Source: Gordius albopunctatus (Eukaryota). From it: a DNA stretch of 64,000 nt. Positions 22,701-37,275 of the stretch are shown here, one piece after another. A program made the position numbers and the translations under genes. The notes below the pieces were generated by a model. It made no database searches. It was not told where the DNA came from and was given only the letters and a program-made list of their open reading frames with translations. The stretch covers positions 15,004,001 through 15,068,000 of the forward strand of contig OZ193909.1 in the NCBI GenBank assembly GCA_964276515.1. Direction: 5' to 3'. Within the stretch, counting starts at the first letter, position 1, and every line of letters begins with the position of its first letter.

Positions 22701-25700
22701 TCGTTTGAAATGAACGAAAAGGAGAGCTTGGCCAAATTGATACAACAAAATGAGCTTCTGGATCGTGAGAGGAAAGAACTTAAGATCCAAAATGAGACGG
22801 ATGCCTTGGAATCGAAGAACAAAATACACGAATTAGAAGTTTATCATTTAATTATTTCTTATTTTTTAATGAAAAAATGAGGGTATTATCCTTAGGGAAA
22901 AGCTTAAATTGGGAAAGGAATTATTTGCTTTATTAGAATAAGTTTGTCAATTTATTAAATTAAGCTTTTAGTATAAAATTTCGCTTTAACTATTAATTGC
23001 TGTGCAATTTTTTTAATAGGCTAGGATTCTTAAATATTATGAATCAAACTTTCATTAAGAATTAACTTAATTTTTCCCAGGCATTAAATGGAATAGTTTT
23101 AATGTTATATATGTCCTTATTACTCTATAATTATTTAAGGGTTTCTAATAATATCTATCGACTAAATTTCTCAGATAATTCTTTTTGTTATTTTCATATG
23201 AGCGCGCAAAATTGAGCCTGCCATAAAAATTTCTCACACGCTCTTAGCCTTAGCGCTCGATTAATTTTGCTATACAACAAACTTGCAGAAACGGCTAGAG
23301 CATTCCGAAAGAAAGTGCCTCGAGTTTGGCAAGCAAATCCAAACTTTCCACGGCGAAGAGTGGAAATTGAGGGAAGAAAATCAAAATTTACACAAAAGCT
23401 TATCGGAACAGACCAAACTACAACAACAACACAGGCTCACCGGCCATAAACGGACTCGATCCCAGGCTATTGATTCAGAAATTCTCCAAGGTTCCGCTAA
23501 CATTTCTGCCCTAGAATCATCTATGAACGAAGATTTAGATGGACAATCATGCGCTGGGCCTGGGAGCTTATTTCAATCTTCACCCCTACATACCCAGAGT
23601 TTGTCGGGAATCACCAAAATTAAGGACGACGAAATACGGGGTAGGTTTGTGCGTGGCTTGATTTTACAAGTGGGGTTACTATAACTTCAAATATTTGCGG
23701 GGTTTAGTTTTGGTTTAATTGTAGTGTAGGACCCTTGCGTGACCTTAATAAATTTAGGTAGGGGTCGTGATGATTAGAATGTTTAGTTAACAGTCTTAGC
23801 CGTTTTCTGTATTTGTGATGTCATCTGCCTGCAGGCCCTCACTCTCTCCTCACCCAGATATATAGCAATTATTAACACATATATATACTTTTTAATTATG
23901 ATAGCATAGCAATTAATATATTGAAAATAATTAATTAATATTTAGTTATCAAATTTAATATTTTACCTAAAAAATTGCGTGTAAATTGTGCGCGGTGTGC
24001 TAAACAGAGTTGAAAAATGCGATTAAGAAGAACGAGGAACACATATCCCATTATCAAATCATGACTAGTACGCTGGAATCTCAATTTAAGCAGCACCAAG
24101 ATCTGGTGGAAAATTTGGAGCGAATTTTGGAAGAGCAATTTAGGGTGGTCTCTGAGTCAGAGGAAAAATATGAAACGAAGGCGAGTTCGACATCGAGATT
24201 AAAATAATAACATTTACATATTTATAACTTTTTATTTTTGGCATTTAATAACCTAAGTGTGCATAGATAGAAATTGTCTTTTCTCTAAAATCAAATTGTG
24301 ATTTTCAGAAGATCTGTAAATGTCGATGGTCATTTTATTACTAAGATTTTTCTATCTTTTTAAACCACGCTAAATTATCGATTTTTTATGTTTTTAAACG
24401 TCCCAAATTATAATGTTGTTATATTTGTCTGGTATATAAGAGACGTTGCAGAAATATTTTTGGTAATTCTGTGATTAAATTGAATTTTAATCAGCCTTTT
24501 TAAAATCATAAATGACTAAATTACCCATTCCTAATTAAGGTTAAAGGCTTTAGTAGCGTGTAATTTACATATAAAACCTTTTGACGTTTCATATTTACTT
24601 TTAATATAATACTTACCTTTCTTATTTTATTCATTCATCTTCACAAAATATTCCTTTTTTCATTCTTCATATCACACTTTCATTTTACAGACCAAGAAAT
24701 TGAACGGTGAAATCGAGCGTCTCAACGCAGCCCGTCTCGAAGCCAGCGCGGAAAAATCTTCTGAAATCGCTGTTCTACGGGCTAAAATCGAAAATTTATC
24801 AGATCGCCTAAGCGTAGAAGCGAAAGGCAATACCGAGCTGACCTCGCAATTAAACATTAGCCGGGACGAAGGCCAGAGCAAGCAAACCCGACTAGATAAG
24901 GCGCTGCTTGATGTTAGTGTCCTGAGTAATAAAATTCAACACCTGACTCAAACCCTTGAATGTAAAGGTAGTGGAAGTCTGAGTAAGACTGATTTGCAAG
25001 GAACTGAGGACAATAGTGATGGTGGTAGTCTTGAAAATGCTAGTCTCGAAGCCAAACTGGTAATTGATTTGCGTGGATTATGATTATTATGGTATAGGGT
25101 GTTAAATTTATAACCGGCCTGGATGATGAGAATATTTTTTGATTATAAAGAAATTAACTTCTAACGCTCTTTTAAATATAGTATTTCCCTAAGTGATAAG
25201 TTTTTAAAAAATAATTATTACACTGTACTGTATTTGTTATTATCAGTGAAAGACTTTAGAAGAAAAATGTAACAATTATGGTTAATTGTGTGGTAGTAAT
25301 TTATTTATATTGCTTTCCTATAAACACTAGCTTTTTTACTGTTATAGTGTCTCCAGTTTTAAAATCTATTTGGGTGTTCAGATGGGCTAAGATGTTAAAA
25401 GTTAATTATGATATAGCTGTGTCATTTTTAGGTAAATTTTTGCAAGATATTTTAGATAAGATGTGTTTAAATAAAACTAATTTAAACCGTTCCATCGTCT
25501 TTTAATGTTATTGATAAAGTTTATCCGCTCATTCTCGACTTTTATTCTTGTCGATAGGACGAAATATTGAAAGAGAACTTGCGCTATCAGACGGAGAACG
25601 AGGAGCTTCTGCAGAAATACCGCATGTCGCAGGAGTTTTGCGAAGTTTTGTGCAACGAGATGGCTGTGGTAATTAAACTTGCCTGCTTTCAAATATTAAT

Positions 25701-28700
25701 TTTAAACGTTTTAATTTCTATTCACTTATTAATTTCTATATTCATTTTTAGAATTATTATGTGTATCAAATGATTTTACCCTCTTTTACATCACTTTTTA
25801 AGATTTTGTGTTCTCTCGGAAAAAGTGTAGAAATATAAGCATTTTTTAAAGTCCTAAACGTTACGAGACGCATGTAAGTTTGGATAAATAGATATTGATA
25901 AACTTTTAATATTTTTGTTGTTGTTATATTTAGGTGAAAAAAAAATTGGATGCTCTTTCGGAAATACAAGATTCTAACGCAGTTTCGCTAGCCGATATTT
26001 CGCAGTTGTTTGGCGTCAATGACCAAACCGATTCAACCGAAACCGACGCCATGTTGAAATTTATAAAGTTTCCATTTCATTAAATTATCTTGTGCTTAAA
26101 TTGACAAATTGTTTTTGAATGTCGTCCTAGAGATAATTTTCATTAAGTAGCCTTTAAGATAGTGCTTTCTCAAGATTAAAACTTAGCCTAGTTTTTCCTA
26201 TAAAAAATATAGTTATATGGTACCATTACTTAACGCGAGTTAACAGGATCGTAATTTGTAACAAACTAATTTACTGTTTTAGTTCATTTGAAATGACAAA
26301 TTTAAATTGATAAAGCTATATATGGGACGTTGATTATATCATTCTAGCATTTATAATATTAAATGTATTATATCGTTTTTTAAAGCTTACATTCTTTTAA
26401 GCTTTAGGGCCTTATGGATAATTGAGTTTTCTTAAATATATTTAACTAAAGGTAGTAAAAAGTGTTAGATAATAATAAAAAATCTTTAAAAAATTTATTA
26501 ATAATTTTTTTATAAAAACTGTAGTTACTTGCGTCAAGACAATCAGACGGTTCGCGACAGCGTGGAATCGCTGAAGGCAGAAGTTGCTAGGTATAAGGTC
26601 AAGGCGGAGATGCAAGAAAGTGAATTGGCTAAGCTGGCAGAAGCCCTAAATAAAGAAATTTCTAAAAATCAGGTTTTTCCCTATCTCTAGAACACTCAGA
26701 TTTAATAAAATTCAAAGCCTGTCGACCCCCTTAAGTGATATATTGAATACGAACTTATTTTGCTATCCAAATATTTTACTAATTTAAAGTTATTAATTGC
26801 TACATAACCTACACAAACTCATTGTTGACAAGCCATTAAAAATATCTTATTTTTACCTTTCGCTTTAAATTATAGGCTAAAGTTGCGGATTTTTTTTATG
26901 ATAAATAACATCATATTAATTTAAATTTTTAAAATTGTCTTTCTCCCCGTTCACTAATGCAGAGATTAGATTTGTTCAAAAATTTTTACCCGGTCGAATT
27001 TTTTAACTAAAATGCCCGCTCAAACCCATCAATACCCGAATCATTAGAGCTGCCGGCCCGAAATGGTGATTTTTACCAATAATTTTGTTATATACCTGTA
27101 AAAACTTAGTGTTTTTTGGGATAAGATTACGGTTACTAAATATTATACAATCAAAAAGGCAACAAAATAGTACACCAAAACAAAATAATACACTATATTA
27201 ATAAATCTCTTTATACCCGAATTTATAGTGCCATTTTACGACAATTCCTTATCCCGTAAGTTTACTAATTATGACGCTTTTTTTAGACGTACGATTACTT
27301 GGGGAGAATCCACGATTTGGAGATGAGCTTGGAAGACGTTCGGACGGCGAAAGAAATTTTGCAGCAAGATAACAGTCAGCTCGAGGCCCGATACGGTGAA
27401 ATTCTAGCTGAAAATGCGAAATCTGACGCTCAGCGCAGGGATAAAGTAGCACAAAATATCAATGAGTTGACCAAAGAAAAGGATGCACTCCTCAAAGAAA
27501 ATCGAGAACTCAGGTTTTTAACGAATGTTATTAGTATGTATATGTCACTAAAAGGGGATTTTGTTATTACATTATCAGTGTTTCACGTTTTGATTTTAAA
27601 CCAAATGACTTGCTTATTTTTGTTAATTTGCTAAATTGTATTAAAATGTGTTTTTTGTCTAATTTTAACGAACCACAATCTAAGAGAGTTTAGGATCCGC
27701 GTTTGAAAACTAACATAAGTTGTCAGCTTTAACTACAAGTTCACCTTGTAGAATTAACATTACATCGCAAAACTTTATTAAATAGACGCAATCTTGGTGT
27801 CGCTTAGAAATATTCAATGAATTTGGATAATATATATAACTCAGTTTTGGGACCTTTTGACTAGAGAACTAACTTAATATTTATCATATGGATATCATTA
27901 TATCACTTTCAACTACCATATATATTTAGATATTTTTCATGTTTGCCATTTAAAAATAAATCCTATTTTTAGTATCACTTATGATCGCGAGCCGACATTT
28001 CCAAGTACTCAAGATATTTACATTTATTTTAGGATAAGCATAACGCGGTCGGAATACAAATACGACGAGCAGGGTAAACGTATGCAAGCCATAAATTTGC
28101 AAATAGAAACGTTAGGGGCGCAAAATAAGACGCTTTCAACCTTCCTCGAATCCAAGGATGACAGCTTAAGAGCTTTGCAAGAACAGGTAGGAGACATCAA
28201 GCGCGAGCTTCTGGAAAGTAGACTCGAAGGGGACTCCAAAGAAACTGATCTCAGGCTTAAGATAACGGAATGCGACGAAGAAATCCAAGGGCTCAAAGCC
28301 AAAATTGAAGAAATGGTTAGTGTTGGGAAATAAACGATTTTATTCGGGCTTTCATTTATATACAGCGATTTGTCTCTAATTTAATTTCTAATTTTGATAG
28401 TTTGTACGGTTATGTGCTGGTTTCTTTTACACTTTTAAATGTTTTTTAACAACAATTCAATCTTTGTTTTATTATCTAAACATTTGCATCAAATATATTT
28501 ATTTAAATTCTTAATTTTCCATTTCACTCTTTTGTCTATAAGTCTACTAACTTGTAAATCAAATTTAATTTTTTATATTTTGTACCTTTTGTCATATTAT
28601 TTTAAGTATCTGATTCAATTGATTTCCATCTATGAATTAGATATTAATGCTCCATGATGACATTATACGTACAATTTTTTTGATAACTTTTTAAAGTTTT

Positions 28701-31700
28701 TTACACTTTATAACTAATTTTTTGTTAGAAAGTTACTAATAACAAACTGAAGACGATAGCGAGAAAGTACAAGCAATTGCACGAAAGTTCAATATCCCAA
28801 CAACCATCTACCTCGGGAGCTATAGTCTTGGGGGATGGATCTGAAGCTCTTATTCCTTCCTTAACTCCCCAGCAAGAAACTAACGTAATAATTCAATATG
28901 TTATCATTAAATTTTTTTGTTCTTTTCTCTTAGGTCATGTCCGGAGAACTTGCTATGAGCGATAATGAAGAGAATGCGAGTGAGTATTGATATAATATCA
29001 TGGGTAGAATGTAACTTATAAGCGCTGTTTAAACGTCTGTCTTAGTTATATATTTTGCGATCCTAAAATTTAGCTAAACCTCCTTTTAATATAAACACAT
29101 CTTTTGATACAAACGACTATATTGTCAATTTTTAAGTTTCTTTTTATAGAAAACGCCCAGCTTGTGGTCGAAATAAATGCTTACAAAACCAAATGTCAAG
29201 AGATGCAAAAAGATTTGGGTAAGAATTTATTCATTGAAACTAATTATCTCCGATTTGTAATTGTTTTAAGAAGTCAAATTATTTGTTTATAAAAGTTTTA
29301 TCCTAATAGAGAGAGTAAATTTTTTTGAACACATGCCAAGATTATTCAAAAATTTCGCAGTAATCTTCAATCTAAACTTATTAATTTTGTTTTCACGCAT
29401 CAGAGGAAAAAAATTTGCGTTTGGCTTCTTTGAAATCCCAATACGAAGCTAGATTCAATCGTTTGCATCAGCAATTGGAAAAATTACGCCATCAAAGACC
29501 AGAAAGCACCTCAGCCACTCCCTCACCCATACCGGCGATAGCATTACCGGCCAGTTCTGGCGGCGAAATTATGAATGAACCAAAAAAACTTGATGTTTCC
29601 CCACCACAAATAACAGTAATTTTTGCAAATTCTTGCACTTTTCCCCATAAATTTAGTAATCTGAAATGATTTTTAGATGTAATGATTGTATAGCAGAGGG
29701 CATATTTGTTTAAATATTTCAACCCTAACCCGACCCGGTCCGTTTTTTTTTTTACTAAATTGCCCTTTTCGAACTCTTCTAAATGTCGGCCCAGCCATGC
29801 CGGATTCATTAGAACTGCTTGGCCCTAAATGATGTTTTTTTTTTAAAATCTTTACCAGAAATTTTGTTATATATTTTTAAAATTAAAATTTTAATTCCCG
29901 ATTTCTTTTAGAAGAATGACAATTATATTAAAAATAACATACAATTAAATAATGAAAAAATAATATATCAAAACAAAATTATTCTCAGTGTAAAAAAGAC
30001 TGAATCGCCCGAATCCTTGCTCTCTGATACCTAGTACACGGTAAAGCCTTTTTGATATTTCATTTATGGGCTTGAGCGAAAACTGGTTTAGATTTAGGCA
30101 AAATATTTGGTAATGACCAATAGAAGGGCAAAATAATGATTTTTTTAACATACTTTAAAATTTTAAATGGATGCCTTCATCTAGTCAAAACGCCACGTCC
30201 CTAATTAATGATTGCACGCCCTTGACATATCATTTAATTTGTGCAACGACAATTTCGATGGGAATTATAATAATTTAAAACTAATAAAAAAATTTACTAA
30301 GAATTTTTCAGATTTGCCTTTGCATTAATGGGATTTGAAAGGGTTTTCCATGGCAAAATTAATGATAATTTTATCATAGACCGACGTGAAAGCGGGTGTC
30401 ATACCGTCCTCCTCCGTTGTACCCATAGCTCAATCCACTGCGCCTAGTAGTACAAGGTGGGTTTTATCCTTAAAATTGCATTTTATAACGCATTATACGA
30501 TTGTTTAGGGATGTCGATGTTAATTGCTTCCTCATCCTAAACCTTAATTAGTCGAAATTTTGAATTTATTATTAATTTTATATGTATCTGTTTAAGGGTA
30601 GGGCGCACATTCGATAAGTGATTGTCTGACCTGGGGTAATTTATAAATTAAGCTGTCAATCGATGCTTTTTATATGCAACAATTAGTTATGTTTTCAGAA
30701 TCCTTCTTGATACGGTATTCATTTTCTAAAACTTTCTATGAACTTTATTTTCCTCATACACTACCTATATAGTGTTATGGCGCAACCTTCAACTACGTTG
30801 AGCCAACCCCAGCCTTTGCCAAAAGCCAACATAAAGCCGTTCAGCCCGTACTCTCAGCCAGAAACGGCTTCCATATTTAATCGATCAGTAGCTTCTACTA
30901 TCATACCTGCCTCCTCTACTAGTTTTGTGGGGTCATTTGTGACCCCGACAAGCCTAACATCTGCCTCTTCTCCCCCTTATAGCGTCGGGCTTCAATTAAG
31001 CGGGCCTACCACTTCATTATTTGCTCAAGGCAGTGGTCTGTCTCAGTCTACTACTACCCATCAAAAGCCGGCCGTTTGCATAAAACCCCTTTCCTTCGGG
31101 CAATATCACCCCGGAAATAATTATGGCACCTCTTTGAGCATTAGTGAGTCTAGTGCGCTTTTTAGCACGCCCCTGGGGGGTCGATTGTTGAATTTTATAA
31201 ATTTTGTTTTTTCAGGATGGAATAAATTGCGTGAAATCGATCGTCTTACATTATTTATTTAAATGATCGAAGTGTGTGTTATTTAATTAACTAAAACTGC
31301 TTAGTAATTTGATAATAATTGTCGAGCGGTTTTTAAAGGCCGTTAAAAGGTGATTAAGTATAACATACCTGCTGTTCCACGCTTGTTTTCAATAAAACGA
31401 AAAAAAACTTTAATAAGTATTTTTGAATTAAACGGTAATATTCCAAAATTTTAGTGAATATAATTATATGTCTAATCTATGATCTCAGAAAAATTCATAA
31501 TTTAAAATATTATATCTTACCTATTTCCATATACTATAGGAGCAACCTCGGCAGCGGTAGGTATAGCTTCGCCAAACGTATTTCTCTCGGGGGGCCCAAC
31601 GCTTCCCAGTTTCCAAGCTTCAATCCCAGAACAAACAACTATCTCACCCACTCTTACAGATCTTAATTCAACACCTTCCAATGTCCACAACATTTTTCTC

Positions 31701-34700
31701 ACTAATAGCAGCACCCTTTCAAACCCGACCCAAACCCTGGGTTTGGAAGTTCAGTCTAGTAGCTCTCTTCATGACGCCAGCACGGATCAGGCGGAACCGT
31801 CGTCAACTTTGAGCTCTTCTTCTTCCTCTTCTTACGTAGTAGTAAATCCCTACAACGTATACCCACTTCCACCTTCGGCGAGCCAGACCACGGGCTCTGG
31901 AAATCTCAAATCTGCCCAGCCCGTGGCCCAAATATTTAGTCTATCCACCTCTCCGTCCGTGCCTACTACCACTACCATACCCTACAGTGGATTTAGACAC
32001 TCCTCAAGTCTCGAACTGAGTGAGTGCTCCCAATTTTGTGATCACCGTAACATAGCCAGGCTACGGGAAGGATGCCGGTCTGATGTTACAGTTTTGAGAT
32101 TTCGGCGAATAAAGCCTTTGTAGAAAGCATTTAAGCTTCTCTCCATGATTGACATGACCTGTATATATGGATTTTAGCTTATAAAAAGCATTGTTTAGGA
32201 GCAACGGTAGAGTAAACGATTCAAACTGCTAATTTAATACTAGGGAAGAAACCATTTTAACCTTTGGTATTGCTTATTAGAGTTAGTTAGAGCCTTTATA
32301 AATGCATTAACTTATGCACATATCGTTTTGCGAGCCAAAAAATCCGCCTATAATAATAGTCAGGAATTTGTGTAGTTTTGACATTGGAATCGAGTATATT
32401 GGATTTTTTTAGCCAAGTTGAAATACTTATCCAATTAAAAATGACAAATGTGTAGTTTGTTTGTATATATATAAATATGACAATTAAAATATAAAATTAT
32501 AATTTTCATACCTATCTGTAGGTTATTTCGAATCTTCAGCTTTTGGTGTAGTGACGTGTCATTCCATTTCCGGAAAAAATGTTATAGGCCCCACCAGATA
32601 TGCTTCTCCTAGTTTCAAGTTATGATTTGATTCGCCACATACTTGCCCTATGAATTTATTTTTAAACTCAAATTTAATGATTAAAATCATATTTCCTTCG
32701 CCAAATTATTTTTATGGATTGTTTTAATGTTTTAGGGTTGAAGCATTAGATAGCCAACCGCCAGGAAGTCTTAGTTATGTGGCCCCTTCGTCCGCTTTTT
32801 CCCAAGCTGCTGCACACGCGCCCCCTTTCTCAATCTATTCTCAAGTTTTTACCCTACATTTGTGCTTGTTTAGAATTCTAAGCTGACAAAAGGGTTTTGC
32901 AATTAAACATATCGTTGATAACCTAGACTACATAGACTGCTCGTATCATATGTTTCATATGGTATAATTAATGTGTACCATTAAATCCGCCATTTTGAAT
33001 TTAACTATCTCCCATGTCTTTCTGCAGTGTACGCCATTGTTAAAACAGAAAAAGTGAATTTACCTTCCTCATTAGTTAATAAATAAAAAAGAATGCTGAT
33101 AAATGATTTTTTAATAAAATCCAGATGGCATTAAATTGCTATAGCATCACATCACAATATTTTTATTTTTTATTAATTTTGTAAATGATATGTATATTAA
33201 AATGCTGTTTTAATGTTTAACTACTTCTATATTTTTCATAGGTTTTCAAAACACTTTGAATAACCAAAATTGCTACAATCTATATCTACTTCCCTTATTT
33301 GTGTACATTTCAAAAAAGGCGGAAAAACTGTACACTTTAAAATTGATGAGCAGTCTATCTAGGCTATGGTTAAAACTTAACTGGCTTTCTTGATTTACCC
33401 CTTAAATTTTTGTTGTAACGTAATTTGCTTCCTATTACGATATTAGAATAAAGCATCATGTTATAAATTTTATTTTCTCATTTAGATTTTATTTTATAAT
33501 TTTTCCTTTTTTAGGCGATAGTTATGGAGGGTTCAAGTGAGCCATTTTCTAAGGCAGTTGCCACAACATCATCCACAGATGTCCTTTTTGATAGCCTACA
33601 ACCGCTACCAATATTTAGTAACAAAATAATAAATGTTTTTATTTTAAAATTATTTCCTAATTTCAGTCTACATTATTGTTGAATATGAAATGTCTTTCAA
33701 ATTTAATTATTTTCAACACACTCGAATATATTTGATGGATGTGTAATATAAACAAACATTTATCCATTTCATCATGCATGTTTTAGTCCACTTTTTGATA
33801 TAATTACATTACAATAAAACCAAACGATTTTGTGGATAAACAGATAAATGGATAAAAAACTTTTTATTTTTTTAAACACTAATAGAGGTTTATTTACAAA
33901 TAATTGTGTATGATACATGCAAAAATATATTAGATTAATGAGGTGGCTGGATTGAAATTGTATTGGCTATTAGAATTTCCCCGGTGATTTTATGCTTAAT
34001 GTAAAAAAATTAATTGGGGAATTTAATTTATTGGGTTAAGTGGAAATATTCCAATGTGGGTAACATGTATTTCATTTAGGATCAAACGATAGTGCCTGAG
34101 TTGAGTTGCTGTCTTTTGTGGTCAAAAGAGTAATAACTATGCTTGAAATATATTTCAATGGTTTAGTCCAGCCTTTTATTTGGTTTTGCAACGTATTTTG
34201 CTACCTGGGTCCGACTCGATCGTTTAGGGAGAATACGTTATTAAATTAGGGGCGGCTTGCTTCGCGTTATAGTTATAATGTACATCTTGTAACATATTTA
34301 ACAAGTAGCTCGCTAAATTTAATCAATTAAAGCCACATCAACCTTCTCTCTGCCGACTTACGCATCAACTTTTACATCGCCTTTCAAGCAAACGCCACAA
34401 ATGAGTTTTAATCAAGCGCCAAGAGCATCGCCTACAACTCGTATCTTTGCCTCTGTCGTAAGTTTACAATAAATTCTTTTTTACCATAATAAATTAAAAT
34501 ACGAAAGAATTGATATGACAACTAATTTTTTTATTGAAACTTATTTCATTTAATCAATTTCTTGAATATCGCAAACTCTAACTACAAAATTCGTTAAGAC
34601 TCTGAGAGCTTAAAAATATAGGATTAGAAACCGGTTTATCTAAATTGTGGCCTTTGTTTACGGCAATGTTCCTTTAAATTACTTAAGGAGGGTATTAAAA

Positions 34701-36247
34701 TGGTACCGACCACCACTGCTAGCAGTAAAAGTCTTATACTACTGGAAGCAAGCCTTGGAACCTTGGAAAACTTTTCGTACGATTCATCTTCAGATTTAAC
34801 CGCCGAGTCTGCCTCTACTACCAGGTATTGCTCCATCCCTTTTCCCTTACTCGTGTTGTAAAAACGGATTGGTCTGTTTATGTTTGGTCGACCTCCAGCC
34901 TTAGTCTAAATTTGACAAAGAGACCAGAATGGAGCCTTTGTCTTAGTTGAACCAAAGGTGGACAAAACAGAACCCAGTCGTTGTTTTTGCAACACTAGTT
35001 CTCACTGGTACTATTATTATATGCATGCCCAAAAAATAGGACTGCTTTACAACATGTTTCACCAACCATCAGTGCAACCATGGCAACTTCCTCTACAGAG
35101 CTATTGGCGACTATAAGTGACGAAAACATCGATCAAAGTAAAAGCCTTTTAAATTCTACCAATACCATAAATTTGATTATTATGATATGCAATGTTTAAA
35201 TTTAAGCATAAACATTGGTAAATTAGCGATCCTATAATTCTAAATTTAATTTTTAATGCCCGTATAATTTTAAATCTACCCCTCTGTTTTAATTATATGC
35301 ATATATTAAATATATCGTTCATCTTGAGAAGAAAATAGTGTCTGATAAATATTTTTCGTGTCGTATCACTAGGTGAAGGTGAATCTACTAACCAAGCATC
35401 CCCGTCTCAACAACCCCCTAGTGGATCAGAAAGAAAACCTATCATCTCCGCTCCAGAAGAATCGACTAACGCAAAGCCACAAATTTGCAATATCCCTAGC
35501 ACCGCACCTTCCCAAAGCTTTGGTCAGTCGATACAGCAACCTCAACCACCATTGAGAACTGCTAAAAGACCCATAGTTTTCGATTTGCCACCCTCTCCAC
35601 CCCCTACCCAACCCCCCTTTGCCCCAACGTTGCCCCCCCTAATGCCTCAATCCTCGGGTGGGGCGGTCTACCCTTTTTCTTGGCATCGCGTTCCTTCAAG
35701 TCAACCACCTAAATCTGGGCTCCTTTTGACCCCAAAATCATCTATGGAAAATGTTTTACCCATTCTAGCTCCCCCAATAAATACCGTCGCGGCGGCGAGT
35801 CCCTTTTACGAATCGACGGGGTCTAGTAGTTTTAGTAATGTCGAGCTAGGGCTCAATACTACCTCACTTTCGAGCGCCGATCTTATGTCGACTTCCCATG
35901 CGGATCAAGATTTTTCCCTAAATTTTGGATTAAACAACGTGACGGAAGATAATGACGTCTCAAACAATGTTAGCAATAGTGTTAATGTTGGTGGGGTAGG
36001 TGGGAGTAGAATCATATCAACGGTAGTTAGATTAAACGCCGCTACTATACGACGCTATGCGGGTGCTGTTTCTGGGTTGGGTGGCGTTAGGACGACCGTT
36101 GAATCATCATCACCCTCTAATGCTAGAGCATCGGGGGCAAGAGGAACTCCGAGCGGTTTTAGAAGCGCTTTTAGACGAAGTTTGGCTGGGCGAAGTGGTG
36201 GCCGTCGCTCGGCCAAGTTTTTGGCTTCTCGAAGACACGGGAAATAA
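13714..36247 (+). CDS. TPR: Nucleoprotein TPR (nuclear basket; Megator/Mlp1 family), multi-exon (>30 exons)
   Basis: Spliced exons give TPR-specific segments: EKFKTESEQNTFALE, LSYAQLYGKYVE...MDCIMQ|EIERKAPVL, EALKRQKDTYHQML, HYQIMTSTLESQF and RLASLKSQYEARFNRL. A long coiled coil is followed by an S/T/P-rich tail and an R/G-rich end. First exons 13714-13876, 13915-14019, 14060-14133, 14171-14267, 14303-14406, 14446-14559 and 14597-14740; last exon 35373-36247. Some internal exon borders are uncertain. Confidence 0.92.
16973..17223. mobile_element. hAT-type MITE (family A-related) in TPR intron
   Basis: 11-bp perfect TIR CAGGCGCGTAG/CTACGCGCCTG and perfect 8-bp TSD TGTTGGCC. Confidence 0.9.
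19822..20555. mobile_element. MITE family C (CAGAGACCAGATT...AAATCTGACCTCTG; GGGCGGGCCCGGG subrepeats), single 3' end
   Basis: Termini and GC-rich subterminal repeats shared with 48272-49243 and 58585-59613. Confidence 0.75.
20889..21032. mobile_element. MITE family A, degenerate copy
   Basis: gatggccgtagcca ... tgacgcctatg, flanked by agacagga / ggacagga. Confidence 0.7.
22093..22624. mobile_element. Possible piggyBac-like MITE
   Basis: TTAA|CCCTCGAGAGTATTC left end, imperfect inverted GAATGCACTAGAAGG right end, and three internal TCGTGGGGT repeats. The right TTAA is not intact. Confidence 0.45.
32922..33369. mobile_element. MITE with ~22-bp imperfect TIRs
   Basis: cctagactacatagactgctc ... 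gagcagtctatctaggctatgg are reverse complements apart from a few mismatches. Confidence 0.6.
34851..34997. mobile_element. MITE family B copy
   Basis: tcgtgttgtaaaaac ... gtttttgcaacacta, with family B internal repeats. Confidence 0.7.
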
Positions 36248-36408
36248 CGGGCAATTTAGAGAAGTTTTGGAGTTGGACTTTGAATTTTTAACATACATTT
36301 ACTTTTATCTATGGATATTTAGCTCGCTTCATATAATGCGCCTTTGAACCGATACTGTTATTTGCAGGTTATATTATTTAAAAAAATATAATGGTGAAGA
36401 CGCAATTT

Positions 36409-36414
36409 AATAAA
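36409..36414 (+). promoter_or_regulatory. Candidate polyadenylation signal of TPR
   Basis: AATAAA ~160 nt after the TPR stop codon. Confidence 0.45.
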
Positions 36415-37275
36415 ACTGATATGCACATCGTACAATTTGTTTTTAGAACTAAGAAATACCTTAAAAATAGTGTCTACTGTTTATTATCACAACGGATGGA
36501 TGGCCCCATTACTTAAAAACGAAAATTATTTACAAAATTAATTTTAATTCATGTAAGAATAACTACGTCGGAGGAATTAAACAGTTTTAAATTTCCGACT
36601 CAACGCCTGAATTTACTACATCCTATAAAAACCGTTCCCACGGCTATTACTTAATACAACAAATAGATCCTAGCACTCGTCTAAGAGCTAAGATTTTATA
36701 CTAAATCCTATTTTGAAAGAAAAACGTTAAAGTTCTTTTTCATAATCAACAAGCCTTAATAAAGACACGAATTTTTGTAGGATCTTCATTGTAATTTTTT
36801 GTTCGATTTAATTTTTAATTATATAAAAATATCTAATGATGTTCTTGAATAGGATGAAGTTAACTTGTTTTTATCGCCCTCTATTATTCCCGATAGATGT
36901 ACTACATTATAAAATATAAAGAGGCTCTTTTTATTAATTGAAAAAGTTATTGAAACTACCAAAAATGAAGCAGATTATGAGGGTACACAAAAGCTTAATT
37001 ACCACTACAAAATATTGAGCTAGTTGAGATCAATCTACATTTATTAATGTCTAAAATTTGCAGGCATCGAAATTGCTTATAAAATTGTAGGAAAGTTCGA
37101 CGATAATTTACTAGTGGTGGTATAAAAATGTGGTATAACAGTTTGGTGCATTGATCAAATTTGTAAACATTAAAGGCACACACAAATTAAAATAGTTAAC
37201 ATGTGTCAATTTAAAATCAATCTTTTGATAAAATACTGAAAAGATTAAAATATCTGGCGCGTTTTATATACAACT

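Noticed and set aside
36248..37275. Overlapping 3'UTRs of convergent TPR and DOCK
   Set aside because: Candidate poly(A) signals exist for both genes without requiring overlap, and this cannot be shown without transcripts.
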